From Candidatus Multivorans sp. (GTDB taxonomy: Bacteria > Acidobacteriota > Thermoanaerobaculia > Multivoradales > Multivoraceae): DNA of 64,000 nucleotides. Of the stretch, positions 31,271 to 40,900 are shown one piece after another (within the stretch, counting starts at the first letter, position 1; every line of letters begins with the position of its first letter). The notes beneath the pieces are model-generated. The model worked only from the letters and a program-made list of their open reading frames with translations. It was not told the DNA's origin and ran no database searches. Location of the stretch: assembly GCA_965222875.1 (NCBI GenBank), contig CBDCVC010000003.1, forward strand, positions 706,567 through 770,566. The letters run 5' to 3'. The position numbers were made by a program, and so were the translations under genes.

Positions 31271-32731
31271 TCAGGGTTCGGGATCGGCCTCCGGTTCCTC
31301 GGGTGACGAAGCGGGCGAGGCGGCTTCGCCGTCGTCGCGGGCGCCGAGGTACTCCGGCAGCTTGATGCCGACGTTCTTCGTCAGCTCGTGCAGGGGCGGA
31401 AGGGCGCCGATCAGGCCGGAGACGAAGTCCGCTGTCGCGGTCTTGCCGTTGTCGCCTCGTCCCGCGTCCCACACGGTCACGTTGTCGATCTTGAGGCCCG
31501 CGATCGCCTTGACCTGCTCCTCGACCAGCTTCGGGAGCTGCTCGGTGACCAGCAGCAGGGCGGCGTTGTCGGCGCCGCCGATCGCTTCGACGATCCGGTC
31601 GAAACCCTGGGCCTTCTTCGTCAGCACCGCTTCGATACCGGCGGCTTCGGCCTCCATCAGGGCGCGCAGGCCGCCGGCCTCGCCCTCCTTCAGTCGCCGG
31701 ATGCGGTCCGCGTCGGCCGCCGTCAGCGACTGGATGCCGTCCGCCTCGCCCTTCTTCAGGCGACGGTTGCGTTCCGCTTCGGCCTCGGCCAGCGTGGCCA
31801 TCTCTTCCTTCTTGATCTCGGCTGGCACGACGACATCGGCGCGCTGTGTGGCTTGTTCGCGGCTGGCGCGCGCGACCTCGGACTCTTCCTGGGCGGCGTA
31901 TGCCTCCTGCAGCGCCTGCGCTGCCTTGACCTTCTCGGCGGCGGACGCGTCGCGCTCGGCCTCGGCCTCTTTCTTTCTTCGACTGGAGTCGGACTGGGCC
32001 ACCCGCACGGCGGATTCGTTCTCGCCCTCCTGGGCGGTCGCCAGGGACTGGGCGACCTGGATGCGCCGGTCGCGCTCGGCGGCCGCGGCGCCGACCTCGC
32101 CGTCGCGTTCCTGCTCGGCGACCTTGACCTTCGCCTCGTTGATCGCCCGCGCGGCGGCCTCCTTGCCGAGCGCGTCGATGTAGCCGGACTCGTCCGTGAT
32201 GTCCTGGATGTTCACGTTGATCAGCCGCAGGCCGACCTTCTTCAACTCGACCTCGACGCCGTTCGAGATGTTCTCGATCAGCTTGTCGCGGTCGGCGTTG
32301 ATCTCCTCGATCGGCATCGTCGCCAGAACGACGCGCATCTGACCGAAGATGATGTCGCGCGCGAGCGCGGAGACGCGCTCCATCTGCATACCGAGCAGAC
32401 GCTCGGCGGCGTTCTCCATCACGCCGGACTCGGTCGAGATGCCAACCGTGAACGTCGACGGGCAGTTGACGCGGATGTTCTGCTTCGAGAGCGCCCCGGT
32501 CAGGTTGATATCCATCGTCATCGGCTCGAGATCGAGGAACTGGTGGGCCTGCAGGATCGGGATGATGAAGGCGGCGCCGCCGTGGTAGCACCTCGCCGAG
32601 CCGGTGCCGCCGATCTTGCCGTAGACCACGAGGATGCGGTCCGACGGGCAGCGACGGTAGCGGTTCGAGAGCGAGAAGATGAGGATGAGGACCGCCGCCA
32701 GGGCGGACAGGATGAGGATGATGAGGTCCAC
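31271..32731 (-). CDS. Flotillin / SPFH (band 7) domain protein (YqiK/FloA-like)
   Basis: N-terminal TM anchor, SPFH domain, then a long Ala/Glu-rich coiled-coil with repeated EAEAER/AAQ motifs. Paired with the NfeD-like gene downstream. Confidence 0.85.
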   Translation of the reverse strand: MDLIILILSALAAVLILIFSLSNRYRRCPSDRILVVYGKIGGTGSARCYHGGAAFIIPILQAHQFLDLEPMTMDINLTGALSKQNIRVNCPSTFTVGISTESGVMENAAERLLGMQMERVSALARDIIFGQMRVVLATMPIEEINADRDKLIENISNGVEVELKKVGLRLINVNIQDITDESGYIDALGKEAAARAINEAKVKVAEQERDGEVGAAAAERDRRIQVAQSLATAQEGENESAVRVAQSDSSRRKKEAEAERDASAAEKVKAAQALQEAYAAQEESEVARASREQATQRADVVVPAEIKKEEMATLAEAEAERNRRLKKGEADGIQSLTAADADRIRRLKEGEAGGLRALMEAEAAGIEAVLTKKAQGFDRIVEAIGGADNAALLLVTEQLPKLVEEQVKAIAGLKIDNVTVWDAGRGDNGKTATADFVSGLIGALPPLHELTKNVGIKLPEYLGARDDGEAASPASSPEEPEADPEP

Positions 32732-32754
32732 GGATTGGTTCTCCTAACGGATTG

Positions 32755-33393
32755 CTATTGTTCTTGCCGATCTTGCCAGTGGCTGGCGCCGGATGCGGGC
32801 GAGAGGCCCGCGCTCCCAGGTTCGGCGTCGGCCTCAGCGGCCAGAGGCGCTACGAGCAGGGTGTTGGGATCGAGGATGTCGACCACGCGGATGCGGGTCA
32901 GGGTAGGCAGATCGGCATCGTGGCGCGTCATCGCGGCGACCGTCCGCAGCCTGCCCTGGACGAGGACTTCGACCTGGCCGGGCTTCCTGAGACTGGCGCC
33001 GATCGGCGTGTAGACCTTGCCCGCCACGCCGACCGCGTTCTGGTAGTCGACCGTGCCGCTGTGGCGCAAGCCCATCAGTACCCGCATGATCAGGAACAGG
33101 ATGCCGGCAAAGAGGAGACCGACGACGGTGCCGCCGACCGACGCGGCCAGGGTCGAGTAACCGGCTCGCATCAACACGACGCCGGTCCAGCCGAAACCGG
33201 CCAGGAACCCGCTGACGGTGCGCATCGAGAGCAGGGAAGTGCCTTCTCCGTCGGCGGCGTCGAGAAGATCGTCGAGCCCGAAGACGGTGAGGACGACCTG
33301 GATCAGGAGGGCCAGGGCGGAGACGATGCCGAGCGTGTAGAAGACGCGGTACGCCCCTTCCAGTGACCCCCACCAGTTGCTGACTGCCTCCAT
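32755..33393 (-). CDS. NfeD/YqiJ-like membrane protein (flotillin operon partner)
   Basis: Multi-TM N-terminus and C-terminal OB-fold-like region (VGVAGKVYTPIGASLRKPGQVEVLVQGRL). Immediately downstream of the flotillin gene. Confidence 0.7.
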   Translation of the reverse strand: MEAVSNWWGSLEGAYRVFYTLGIVSALALLIQVVLTVFGLDDLLDAADGEGTSLLSMRTVSGFLAGFGWTGVVLMRAGYSTLAASVGGTVVGLLFAGILFLIMRVLMGLRHSGTVDYQNAVGVAGKVYTPIGASLRKPGQVEVLVQGRLRTVAAMTRHDADLPTLTRIRVVDILDPNTLLVAPLAAEADAEPGSAGLSPASGASHWQDRQEQ

Positions 33394-33441
33394 CGCTCCC
33401 TTCTCCCTTCTACGTGGTTTCGGAGTCCATTGTTGATGCCG

Positions 33442-34722
33442 CTACGCTCCGCGCGCCGCCCGTTCGATGCCGCGCGCCTCATCGACCCGGAGCAGGAGCA
33501 GGCCGCCGACCAGGAAGAACACCAGAACCACCGCGATGCCGGCGCGCTGACCGTAGCCGGCGGTGATGAGACCCAGCAGCATCGGACCCAGGAACGCCGT
33601 CGCCTTGCCCGAAAAGGCGAAGAAGCCGAAGAACTCGGACTCGTAGCGCTTCGGCGCGAAGCGCCCCATCAGCGACCGGCTCGCGGACTGGTTGGGGCCC
33701 ATGAACAGGCCCAGCACCAGCGCCGCGGCCCAGAACCAGGTCCGGTTCGGCGCCGCGACCGCGACCAGGGAGCAGACGAACAGGCCGACCAGGCTCCAGA
33801 GCACGGTGGTGCGGCCGCCCACCCGGTCGTCGACGAGGCCGAACAGGAACGCGCCGAGTCCGGCCGCCACGTTCAGGGCGATGCCGAACACGATCACCTC
33901 CGCCGTGTCCATGCCGAAGGTGCCCGCGGCGTAGACGCCGCCGAAGGCGAACACGGTGATCAGGCCGTCGTTGTAGATCAGACGCGCGACAAGGAAGCGG
34001 ACGATGTCCTTGAAGTCGCGGATGCGGGTCAGGGTGCGGCGGAGATCCTGGAAAACGCTGCGAATGGAAGAGACCGCGCCGCCGGCGGACGTACCGGCGC
34101 GTGGCGCGACCTCATCGCGCAGAAGAATGAGCGCCGGAAGGCTGAAGAGCAGGAACCAAAGCCCTACCAGCAGGTTCGAGGCGCGGATGTTGAAGCCGTC
34201 CTCCGTGCTGAGCGGAAGCCAGGGCGCGCCGTCGCCCAGACCGATCAGCCCGAGCAACGCGACGACCAGGCAGACCAGGCCGCCGGCGTAGCCGAGTCCC
34301 CAGGCGTAGCCCGAGATCCGTCCGATCGTCCGGGGCGTCGACAACTGGGGGAGGAAGGAGTTGTAGAACACCATGCCGACCTCGAAACCGACGTTCGCGA
34401 TCACGAACAGGACGAGAGCCGCGAGGACGGCGTTGCCGCTTCCCGGGACGATGAAGGTCAGCCAGGCGGTGGCGCCGACCGAGACCAGGGTGGCGACTAC
34501 CAGGAAGCGGCGGCGAAGGCCCGAGCGGTCCGCCATCGCCCCCAGGACCGGTGCGATCAGCGCGATGATCAGGGAACTGATCGTGATCCCGCGTGACCAC
34601 AGCGCGGTGCCCCGGTCCGCGTCCTCGGCGAAAGTCTGGGTGAAGTAGGTGGCGTAGACGAAGGTCACCACCAGGGTGGTGAAGGCGGAGTTGGCCCAGT
34701 CGTAGAGACACCAGGACGCCAC
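33442..34722 (-). CDS. MFS transporter (UMF1-like)
   Basis: 12-TM profile. WCLYDWANSAFTT N-terminus is typical of UMF1-type MFS. Proposed GTG start just below the enoyl-CoA hydratase stop. The upstream 140 codons of ORF 33442..35178 overlap another gene in the wrong frame. Confidence 0.7.
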   Translation of the reverse strand: MASWCLYDWANSAFTTLVVTFVYATYFTQTFAEDADRGTALWSRGITISSLIIALIAPVLGAMADRSGLRRRFLVVATLVSVGATAWLTFIVPGSGNAVLAALVLFVIANVGFEVGMVFYNSFLPQLSTPRTIGRISGYAWGLGYAGGLVCLVVALLGLIGLGDGAPWLPLSTEDGFNIRASNLLVGLWFLLFSLPALILLRDEVAPRAGTSAGGAVSSIRSVFQDLRRTLTRIRDFKDIVRFLVARLIYNDGLITVFAFGGVYAAGTFGMDTAEVIVFGIALNVAAGLGAFLFGLVDDRVGGRTTVLWSLVGLFVCSLVAVAAPNRTWFWAAALVLGLFMGPNQSASRSLMGRFAPKRYESEFFGFFAFSGKATAFLGPMLLGLITAGYGQRAGIAVVLVFFLVGGLLLLRVDEARGIERAARGA

Positions 34723-34766
34723 CGCCCCGCGGCGAGCGGCGGGCCGCGATCCGCTGCCGTCGCTAT

Positions 34767-35624
34767 CTAGAACGGTTCGTCCTCCCACCAGGGAAAGTAC
34801 GACGGCATGTCCGAGCTGACTTTCATCGGAAACGCGGCCGGTCGCTTGTCGAGGAAGGAAGTGACCCCCTCTCTCGCATCGTCGCTCCTGCCGCGCGTGT
34901 AGATGCCCTTCGACTCGACCCGGTGCGCGGCCATCGGCGAGTCGGCGTCGAGCCCCTTCCACAGCATGTGCCGGGTAAGCGCAACCGACACGGGCGACGT
35001 GTTTGCGGCGATCTCCGAGGCGAGTTCGCAGGCCGCCGGCAGCAGCTCGTCGGGCGGCAGAACGCGGCTGACGAGACCGGCTTCGAGCGCTTCGGCGGCG
35101 GGAAAGACCCGGCCGGTCAGCGCCCACTCGGAGGCTCTGCCCATGCCGACCAGGCGGGGCAGAAAGTAGCTGCTGCACGCTTCGGGCACCATGCCGCGGC
35201 GGACGAAGACGAAGCCCATTCGCGCCTCGGTCGAGGCCAGCCGGATGTCCATCGGCAGGGTCATCGTGATCCCGATGCCGACCGCGGGGCCGTTGATCGC
35301 GGCGATGACCGGCTTGCGCACCTTGTAGATCGCCAGCGACAGAACGCCGCCGCCGTCGCGGTAGGTGTCGATGTTCGCCTCCGGACGGGAGAAGGTGTCG
35401 CCGCCGGAGGACAGATCGGCGCCGGCGCAGAAGCCGCGCCCTTCGCCGGTGACGATCACCGCGCGCACGGAATCGTCTCCATCGGCACGTTCGAGGGCGT
35501 CCATCATCTCGCGCATCATCTCGCCGTTGAAGGCGTTCAAGCGCTCGGGACGGTTCAGCGTGATCACCAGCACGCCATTGTCCGTCTCGTATCGGATCGC
35601 TTCGTAGGTGGGTTCCTGGGGCAT
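34767..35624 (-). CDS. Enoyl-CoA hydratase/isomerase (crotonase) family
   Basis: LITLNRPERLNAF...VIVTGEGRGFCAGADL crotonase signature. Confidence 0.85.
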   Translation of the reverse strand: MPQEPTYEAIRYETDNGVLVITLNRPERLNAFNGEMMREMMDALERADGDDSVRAVIVTGEGRGFCAGADLSSGGDTFSRPEANIDTYRDGGGVLSLAIYKVRKPVIAAINGPAVGIGITMTLPMDIRLASTEARMGFVFVRRGMVPEACSSYFLPRLVGMGRASEWALTGRVFPAAEALEAGLVSRVLPPDELLPAACELASEIAANTSPVSVALTRHMLWKGLDADSPMAAHRVESKGIYTRGRSDDAREGVTSFLDKRPAAFPMKVSSDMPSYFPWWEDEPF

Positions 35625-35684
35625 CTCGTCGTTCCTACCTGTCTGTCTTCCGTTGGGTCTGCCCTGCCGCCGTTCCCGCAGCGG

Positions 35685-36956
35685 TCAAGCGGCGCCTGAC
35701 ACGCCGGGCACCGGGAAACGCAGGCAGAAGCGCTCGATGTCCTGCCGCATCGCGTCCAGCCGCTCGTCGTCGGTGTGTCGCCGCAATGCGTCAACGATCC
35801 ACTCGGCTAGCAGCTTCATCTCGGCTTCTTCCATGCCACGCGTGGTTGCCGCGGGACTGCCGAGCCGGATGCCGCTGGGCCTGAGCGGCGGCCGGGGGTC
35901 GTCGGGGATCAGTTGCTTGTTGACCGTAATCGACACTTTGTCGAGGGTCTCCTCGGCGACCCGTCCGTCGATGCCGAAGCTCTTCTGGGTGTCGAGCACC
36001 ATCATGTGGTTGTCGGTGCCGCCTGTCACCAGCTCGGCGTCCCGGTCGATCAGTTCCTCGGCCATCACCTTCGCGTTGGTCAGCACCTGCCGGGCGTAGA
36101 CCGCGAACTCGGGCTCAAGCGCCTTGCCGAGGGTGATCGCCAGCGCCGCCACGGCGTTCATGTGGGGTCCGCCCTGGAGGCCGGGGAAGACCGCCTTGTC
36201 GATCTTCCGCCGGTGTTCGGCGCGGCACAGGATCAGGCCGCTGCGGGGCCCGCGCAGGGTCTTGTGGCCGGTCGTCGTCATCACGTCGAAACCGTGGTCC
36301 ATCGGGTTGGACATCGCGTTGCCGGCGATCAGGCCGCCGATGTGCGATACGTCGGCCATCGTGAGCGCGCCGATGTCGTCCGCGATCCGCTTGAACTCGC
36401 GATAGTCGTAGTCCCGGGGATAGGACGAGTAGCCGCAGAGAATCATCTGCGGCCGGTGCTCGCGGGCCTGGGCGAGCATGGCGTCGAAGTCGATCGCGCC
36501 GGCATTGTCCGGATCCGTCTTGTAGCGGATGAAGTTGAACACGCGGCCCATGTGGGACACCGGCGCTCCGTGCGTCAGGTGGCCTCCGTGCGACAGGTCC
36601 ATTGCCAGCACCGTGTCACCGGGGTCGAGGAACGCGAAGTAGGCCGCCTGGTTCATCGGTGAGCCGGACAGCGCCTGCACGTTCGCGTGCTCGGATCGGA
36701 ACACCCGGCAGGCGCGCTCGATCGCAAGCCGTTCGACCGCGTCCGTGAACTCCTGCCCGCCGTAGTAGCGGCGGCCGGGGTAGCCCTCGGCGTACTTGTT
36801 GGTCAACACCGAGCCGTTCGCGGCGAACACCTCGGGGTAGGTGTAGTTCTCGGACGGAATCAGCTCGATGCCGCGCCGTTCGCGCTCTTCCTCGCCGACG
36901 ATTGCCGCCCAGACGGCGGGATCGTTGCGCGCCAGCGCCTGCCGGTTCGCTTCCAT
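35685..36956 (-). CDS. glyA: Serine hydroxymethyltransferase
   Basis: IELIPSENYTYPEV...NKYAEGYPGRRYYGG...TTTGHKTLRGPRSGLI (PLP-Lys region) is canonical SHMT. Confidence 0.95.
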   Translation of the reverse strand: MEANRQALARNDPAVWAAIVGEEERERRGIELIPSENYTYPEVFAANGSVLTNKYAEGYPGRRYYGGQEFTDAVERLAIERACRVFRSEHANVQALSGSPMNQAAYFAFLDPGDTVLAMDLSHGGHLTHGAPVSHMGRVFNFIRYKTDPDNAGAIDFDAMLAQAREHRPQMILCGYSSYPRDYDYREFKRIADDIGALTMADVSHIGGLIAGNAMSNPMDHGFDVMTTTGHKTLRGPRSGLILCRAEHRRKIDKAVFPGLQGGPHMNAVAALAITLGKALEPEFAVYARQVLTNAKVMAEELIDRDAELVTGGTDNHMMVLDTQKSFGIDGRVAEETLDKVSITVNKQLIPDDPRPPLRPSGIRLGSPAATTRGMEEAEMKLLAEWIVDALRRHTDDERLDAMRQDIERFCLRFPVPGVSGAA

Positions 36957-37001
36957 TGCACTTGACTCAGGCCTGCGCCGGGCTCAGCTTGTCCCGAGTG
37001 A

Positions 37002-37628
37002 CTACTGGACTGCCGCCCTGGCGGCCTCGAGCAGGACGGTTTCCGGTAGACGGACCTTGTAGTCCGGATTCACGTAGTGGAAAGCGATCCGGCCCTCGGT
37101 ATCCAGCACGAAGACGGCAGGCACGGGCAGCATGTGGTGATCGTCCCCGGCGTACTCCTCGAGGTCGAGCCGGTAGGACTCCCGATACCGCCGGACAATC
37201 TCCTCGTCGCGGAAGGCGATCCCGAACGCCCGCGAGGCCTCCATGCCCCGGTCGGAGAGCAGCCGGTACTTCAGCTCGTTCTTGTCGACGGTGGCCTGCA
37301 GTTGGTCCGCGATATCGGGTGAGATGGCGAACAACTGGTAGCCGAGGTTGATCAGATCCTGCTCGATTTCTTGCAACTGACCCAGTTGCGTATTGCAGTA
37401 CGGTCACCAGCCGCCGCGGTAGAAGATCAGGATCGTCGGCTTGGCCTGCGCCTCGGTGAGCAGATCGACTTCGCCGCCGTCGGCGGTGGGGAGTCGAACG
37501 TCCGGTACGGCGCTGCCAACCAGGAGCGGCCGAATGTCCTCTGCCGAGGCCGGAACGTCGGCGGCGGAAGCGGAAGAAACGGTAGCGCTGACAAGGGCCG
37601 CGCCGGCTAGGAAAGTCGTGGTTCGCAT
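37002..37628 (-). CDS. Peroxiredoxin-like / redoxin (AhpC-TSA fold) selenoprotein candidate with in-frame UGA (Sec) replacing the first Cys of the CxxC motif
   Basis: ORFs 37404..37628 and 37002..37376 are in the same frame, separated only by TGA (complement of 37404-37406). Read-through gives signal peptide ...PTILIFYRGGW-U-PYCNTQLGQLQEIEQDLINLGYQLFAISPD..., i.e. the redoxin FYRG.WCPYC motif with U in place of C. Candidate SECIS hairpin 15 nt downstream. Confidence 0.7.
37370..37392 (-). promoter_or_regulatory. Candidate bacterial SECIS stem-loop downstream of the in-frame UGA
   Basis: mRNA sense: UGA-ccguacugcaauacg-CAACUG-ggu-CAGUUG. Perfect 6-bp stem with a GGU apical loop beginning 16 nt after the UGA. 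Spacing and G/U-containing loop fit bSECIS expectations. Confidence 0.55.
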
Positions 37629-37933
37629 GGCGGGCAGAGTATCACGCAGGCCGGTGTCGAGAACCCTGGTTTGCTTCGCGCGCGGCTCTCCGCCGTTCGA
37701 TGAGTTGCGACGATGCCGCCGCCCTCGGCGATCCTCTCCGGCCAGTGAACGATCAGCGGCGAGGCGATCCCGCCCTCGTGGACCCAGTCCTTGTACACGC
37801 GGGAGGGCGTGTTGCTGACGTGCGCCCAGTGCGGGCCGTAGCCGCTAAGATGCTGGTAGATTGGGGACGAGGGACTCTGGACGAGTCGCAGGTTCCCGGC
37901 TCAGCGACTCCTATTGATCGACGGCCCCTGTGA

Positions 37934-40900
37934 GTGGAGGCTCTCATGTCTTGTTTCTTGATGTCGCGCAGCGCGGCGCGGCGGATCGCCGGCATCCGTG
38001 GGCATCTCTTGGGTACAGCGCGAGCGGGTCTACTGGCGATGACGGCGATCATGCTGGTCGCGGCGCCGGTCCAGGGCCAACGCTTGTTGAGTCTGGTGTC
38101 GCAGGCGGCTCAGCCCGTATCTGCCGGCGCTCCGGACCTGCCGTTCGCTAACCCTTCGTTTGCCGCGCAAGTCGATCTGGACCTGCTTCGTAGCGGGCCA
38201 CCGCGGCTGGAGTTGCCGACACCGGACGGCCGTGTGCTGGTTGCGGAGCGCAACGTGTTCGAGGATCGCGGCAGCGGAGACCTGATGTGGTCCGGCGGTC
38301 TACCGGGCGCAGGCTACGACAGCGTAGTCCTCACGTTGGAAGGTGGCCGCTTCGTGGGTTGGTTCCACGAGCCCGGGGGAGTGAGGTACCGGATCAGCGC
38401 CCGTCCTGACGGCGTCGGTCGCATGGAGTCCGGGTTCGCCCTGCCGGGTCGAGAGCCGGAGGCCGTCTGTGCGGTGGGCGCCGGCGCCGACCGGCAAGCA
38501 CCGGTCGCTCCGGTGCGTATGGCTGGGGCGCTGTTCCACGATCCGCCCACGCGAGTGGGCGCCGCGCAGAGTCACGACGCGCTTGACATCGTTGTCGTCT
38601 ACAACCCCGAGGCGGCGCGGAACTGGGCGAATCGCGGCGGCGCCCAAGCGGCGATCCAGAGCGCCGGCGACTACCTGAACATGGTTCTGCGAAATGGCCG
38701 CGTGGATGTGAGCGCGAACATCGTCCATAGCGCCCAGATTTCCGGCATCGATCGGGTGGGCAGGAATGGGAGTGGTCTGTACGGCGCCTCGATCATCGAT
38801 CAGCTCGGCTTCCACGGGGAGGCGCTCCGACTGCGAAGAGAGCACAGAGCCGACCTGGTCCACCTGTTCACCGGTGAGTCTCCGTGGTTGTTCGAAGCCT
38901 GCGGCCAGCACTACGTCCTTAGTCGCGATCAGACCGCCGAAGACTTCTCGGAGTTGGCCTACGGATGGACGTCGAACGCGTGCTCGGGCGACGGACCGAT
39001 CTTCGCCCACGAAGTGGGCCACGGTCTGGGCGCCCACCACGACCCGGCAAACGGCCCCCCTCCGGTGTTTGCGTTCAGGCCTTATGCCTTCGGTCACGGC
39101 AATCACGATCACATCCCGAACGTCGGCACGATCATGAGCTACACCGGCCAGGGCGAGCCGTACCTTTCGAGTGTCCGGGTCAAGCCCCAGGGTCGGGTCA
39201 TCGGTGTCGCCGGCGAGCGCGAGAACGAACGCGCGCTGCAGGAGACGATTCACATCGGCGTCCATTACAGCGATTCGGTCGCTCGGCTGCCGCCGGACGC
39301 TCCGGCGGCGCCGACGAGTCTGCAGGTGGTGATGGAGAGCGAAACCTCGGTTCGGCTCAACTGGCAGGACAACGCGACGGACGAGGATGGCTATGAAGTG
39401 ACGTTCTGGCGTCTAGGACAGGATGAGGCCACGAGGCCGTTGGAAGGTCGCACGACGGCGGTGGTCGACCTTCCCGTGGCCGATGCCGGTGCGCGGTACT
39501 TCTTCTGGGTCAATGCCGTAAGGGGCGAAACCGATTCCGCGAGGTCAAGCACCGTCACACTCGTGACTCCGGGCGCTGAGCCAGCGGCACCGTCCGGTCT
39601 CATGTGGCAACCGGTGCCTGTGGAGGATCCGGCCCGGATGGGAACGAACAGCGCGCGGGTGACCTGGGTGGACGACTCGGACGACGACGCCTACTTGTTC
39701 GAAGTACATCTGCTGTCTGACGGGCAGCTATTGCGGCGCAGTTACGTATCAGGGAACGCGGATTCGACCGTGATCTCGCGGCTGGCGCCCGGCCGCCGCT
39801 ACCAGGTGCGCGTGTATGCCCTTGGTCCGGGGGGCATCTCCCGCAGCAGCGAGTTATTGGGTCTCCTGTCGCCCGCCGCGCCCGGCCCGAGGCCGGTCAT
39901 GAACCTGACAGCGAGTGCCGATAGCGCCTCGTCGGTTCGTCTGACCTGGACCGACAACTCCGACGACGAACGCGGCTTCCGGGTCCTGGCCTTGGTCTCG
40001 GGCTGGTTCGGTCTGTTCGAGGCGGAAGCCGGCAGCGAGTCGATCGAGATCGATGGGCTCGCGCGCGGCGGCAGCTACGTCTTTTTTGTGTGGCCGTACA
40101 ACGATGCGGGCCCTGGCGATCGCATCGGGGTCGCCCTGCCGCTGGAGACCGCCGGGCGAGGTCCCGCCGCGCCGACGAAGCTCCGCTGGGGTGTCTCTGG
40201 TGGCGTTGCCCGTCTCACCTGGGACGACAACTCGCGCGACGAGACGGGATTCGAGATTCAGTCGCGTCCCGACTACGAGACTCAGGACACCGTCGTCGTC
40301 GGGGGCGGCCGCTGGACCCGGGTGGCCATGGCGCCCACTGGCGCCAGATCGTTCGACTTGGATCGCAGCGAGGAAGTCGACTACCGCGTCTTTGCCTACA
40401 ACGAGACCGGTTTCTCGAAGAGCAGCAACACGGTCAGAGGGAACCCGTTTCAGGACCCCGACCCGCCGCCGGCGGAGGACGGCCGGCTGACGGCGATTCC
40501 ATCCGGCGAAACCTCGGTGGAGCTGTCCTGGACGGGCAGGTGGACTCGGGCGGCTCGGGGCACGCTCTCTATCGAGGCGCGAAACCCGGCCAGCGGCTGG
40601 GTCGAAGTGGCGGCTGCCGCCCCGACGCTCGGGAACACCGTTGTCACGGGTTTGGAGGCGGAGACGCCCTACACGTTCCGGCTTCGTGCCGGCCGGGCGG
40701 ACTACTCCGAAGATGTCAGTGTGACGACCGGCGCCTTTGAGGGTGCTTGCCGGGAGGGCTCGGGGTACCTCTGTCTGCGAGACGGGCGCTTTGAAGTGCG
40801 GGTGCACTGGAGCAAGCCGGACAGCGTCGGTGAGTACGGCTTGGGCACGGCCGTGCCGGTGGATGTTTCGGACGAGTCCGGACTGTTCTGGTTCTTTGAA

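Noticed and set aside
37607-37933. Small ORFs (37607..37798 -, 37700..37933 +, 37753..38052 -) in the region upstream of the metalloprotease gene.
   Set aside because: They are short, mutually overlapping and low-complexity with no motif. The region is most simply the promoter / 5' UTR of the 1213-aa secreted protease gene.
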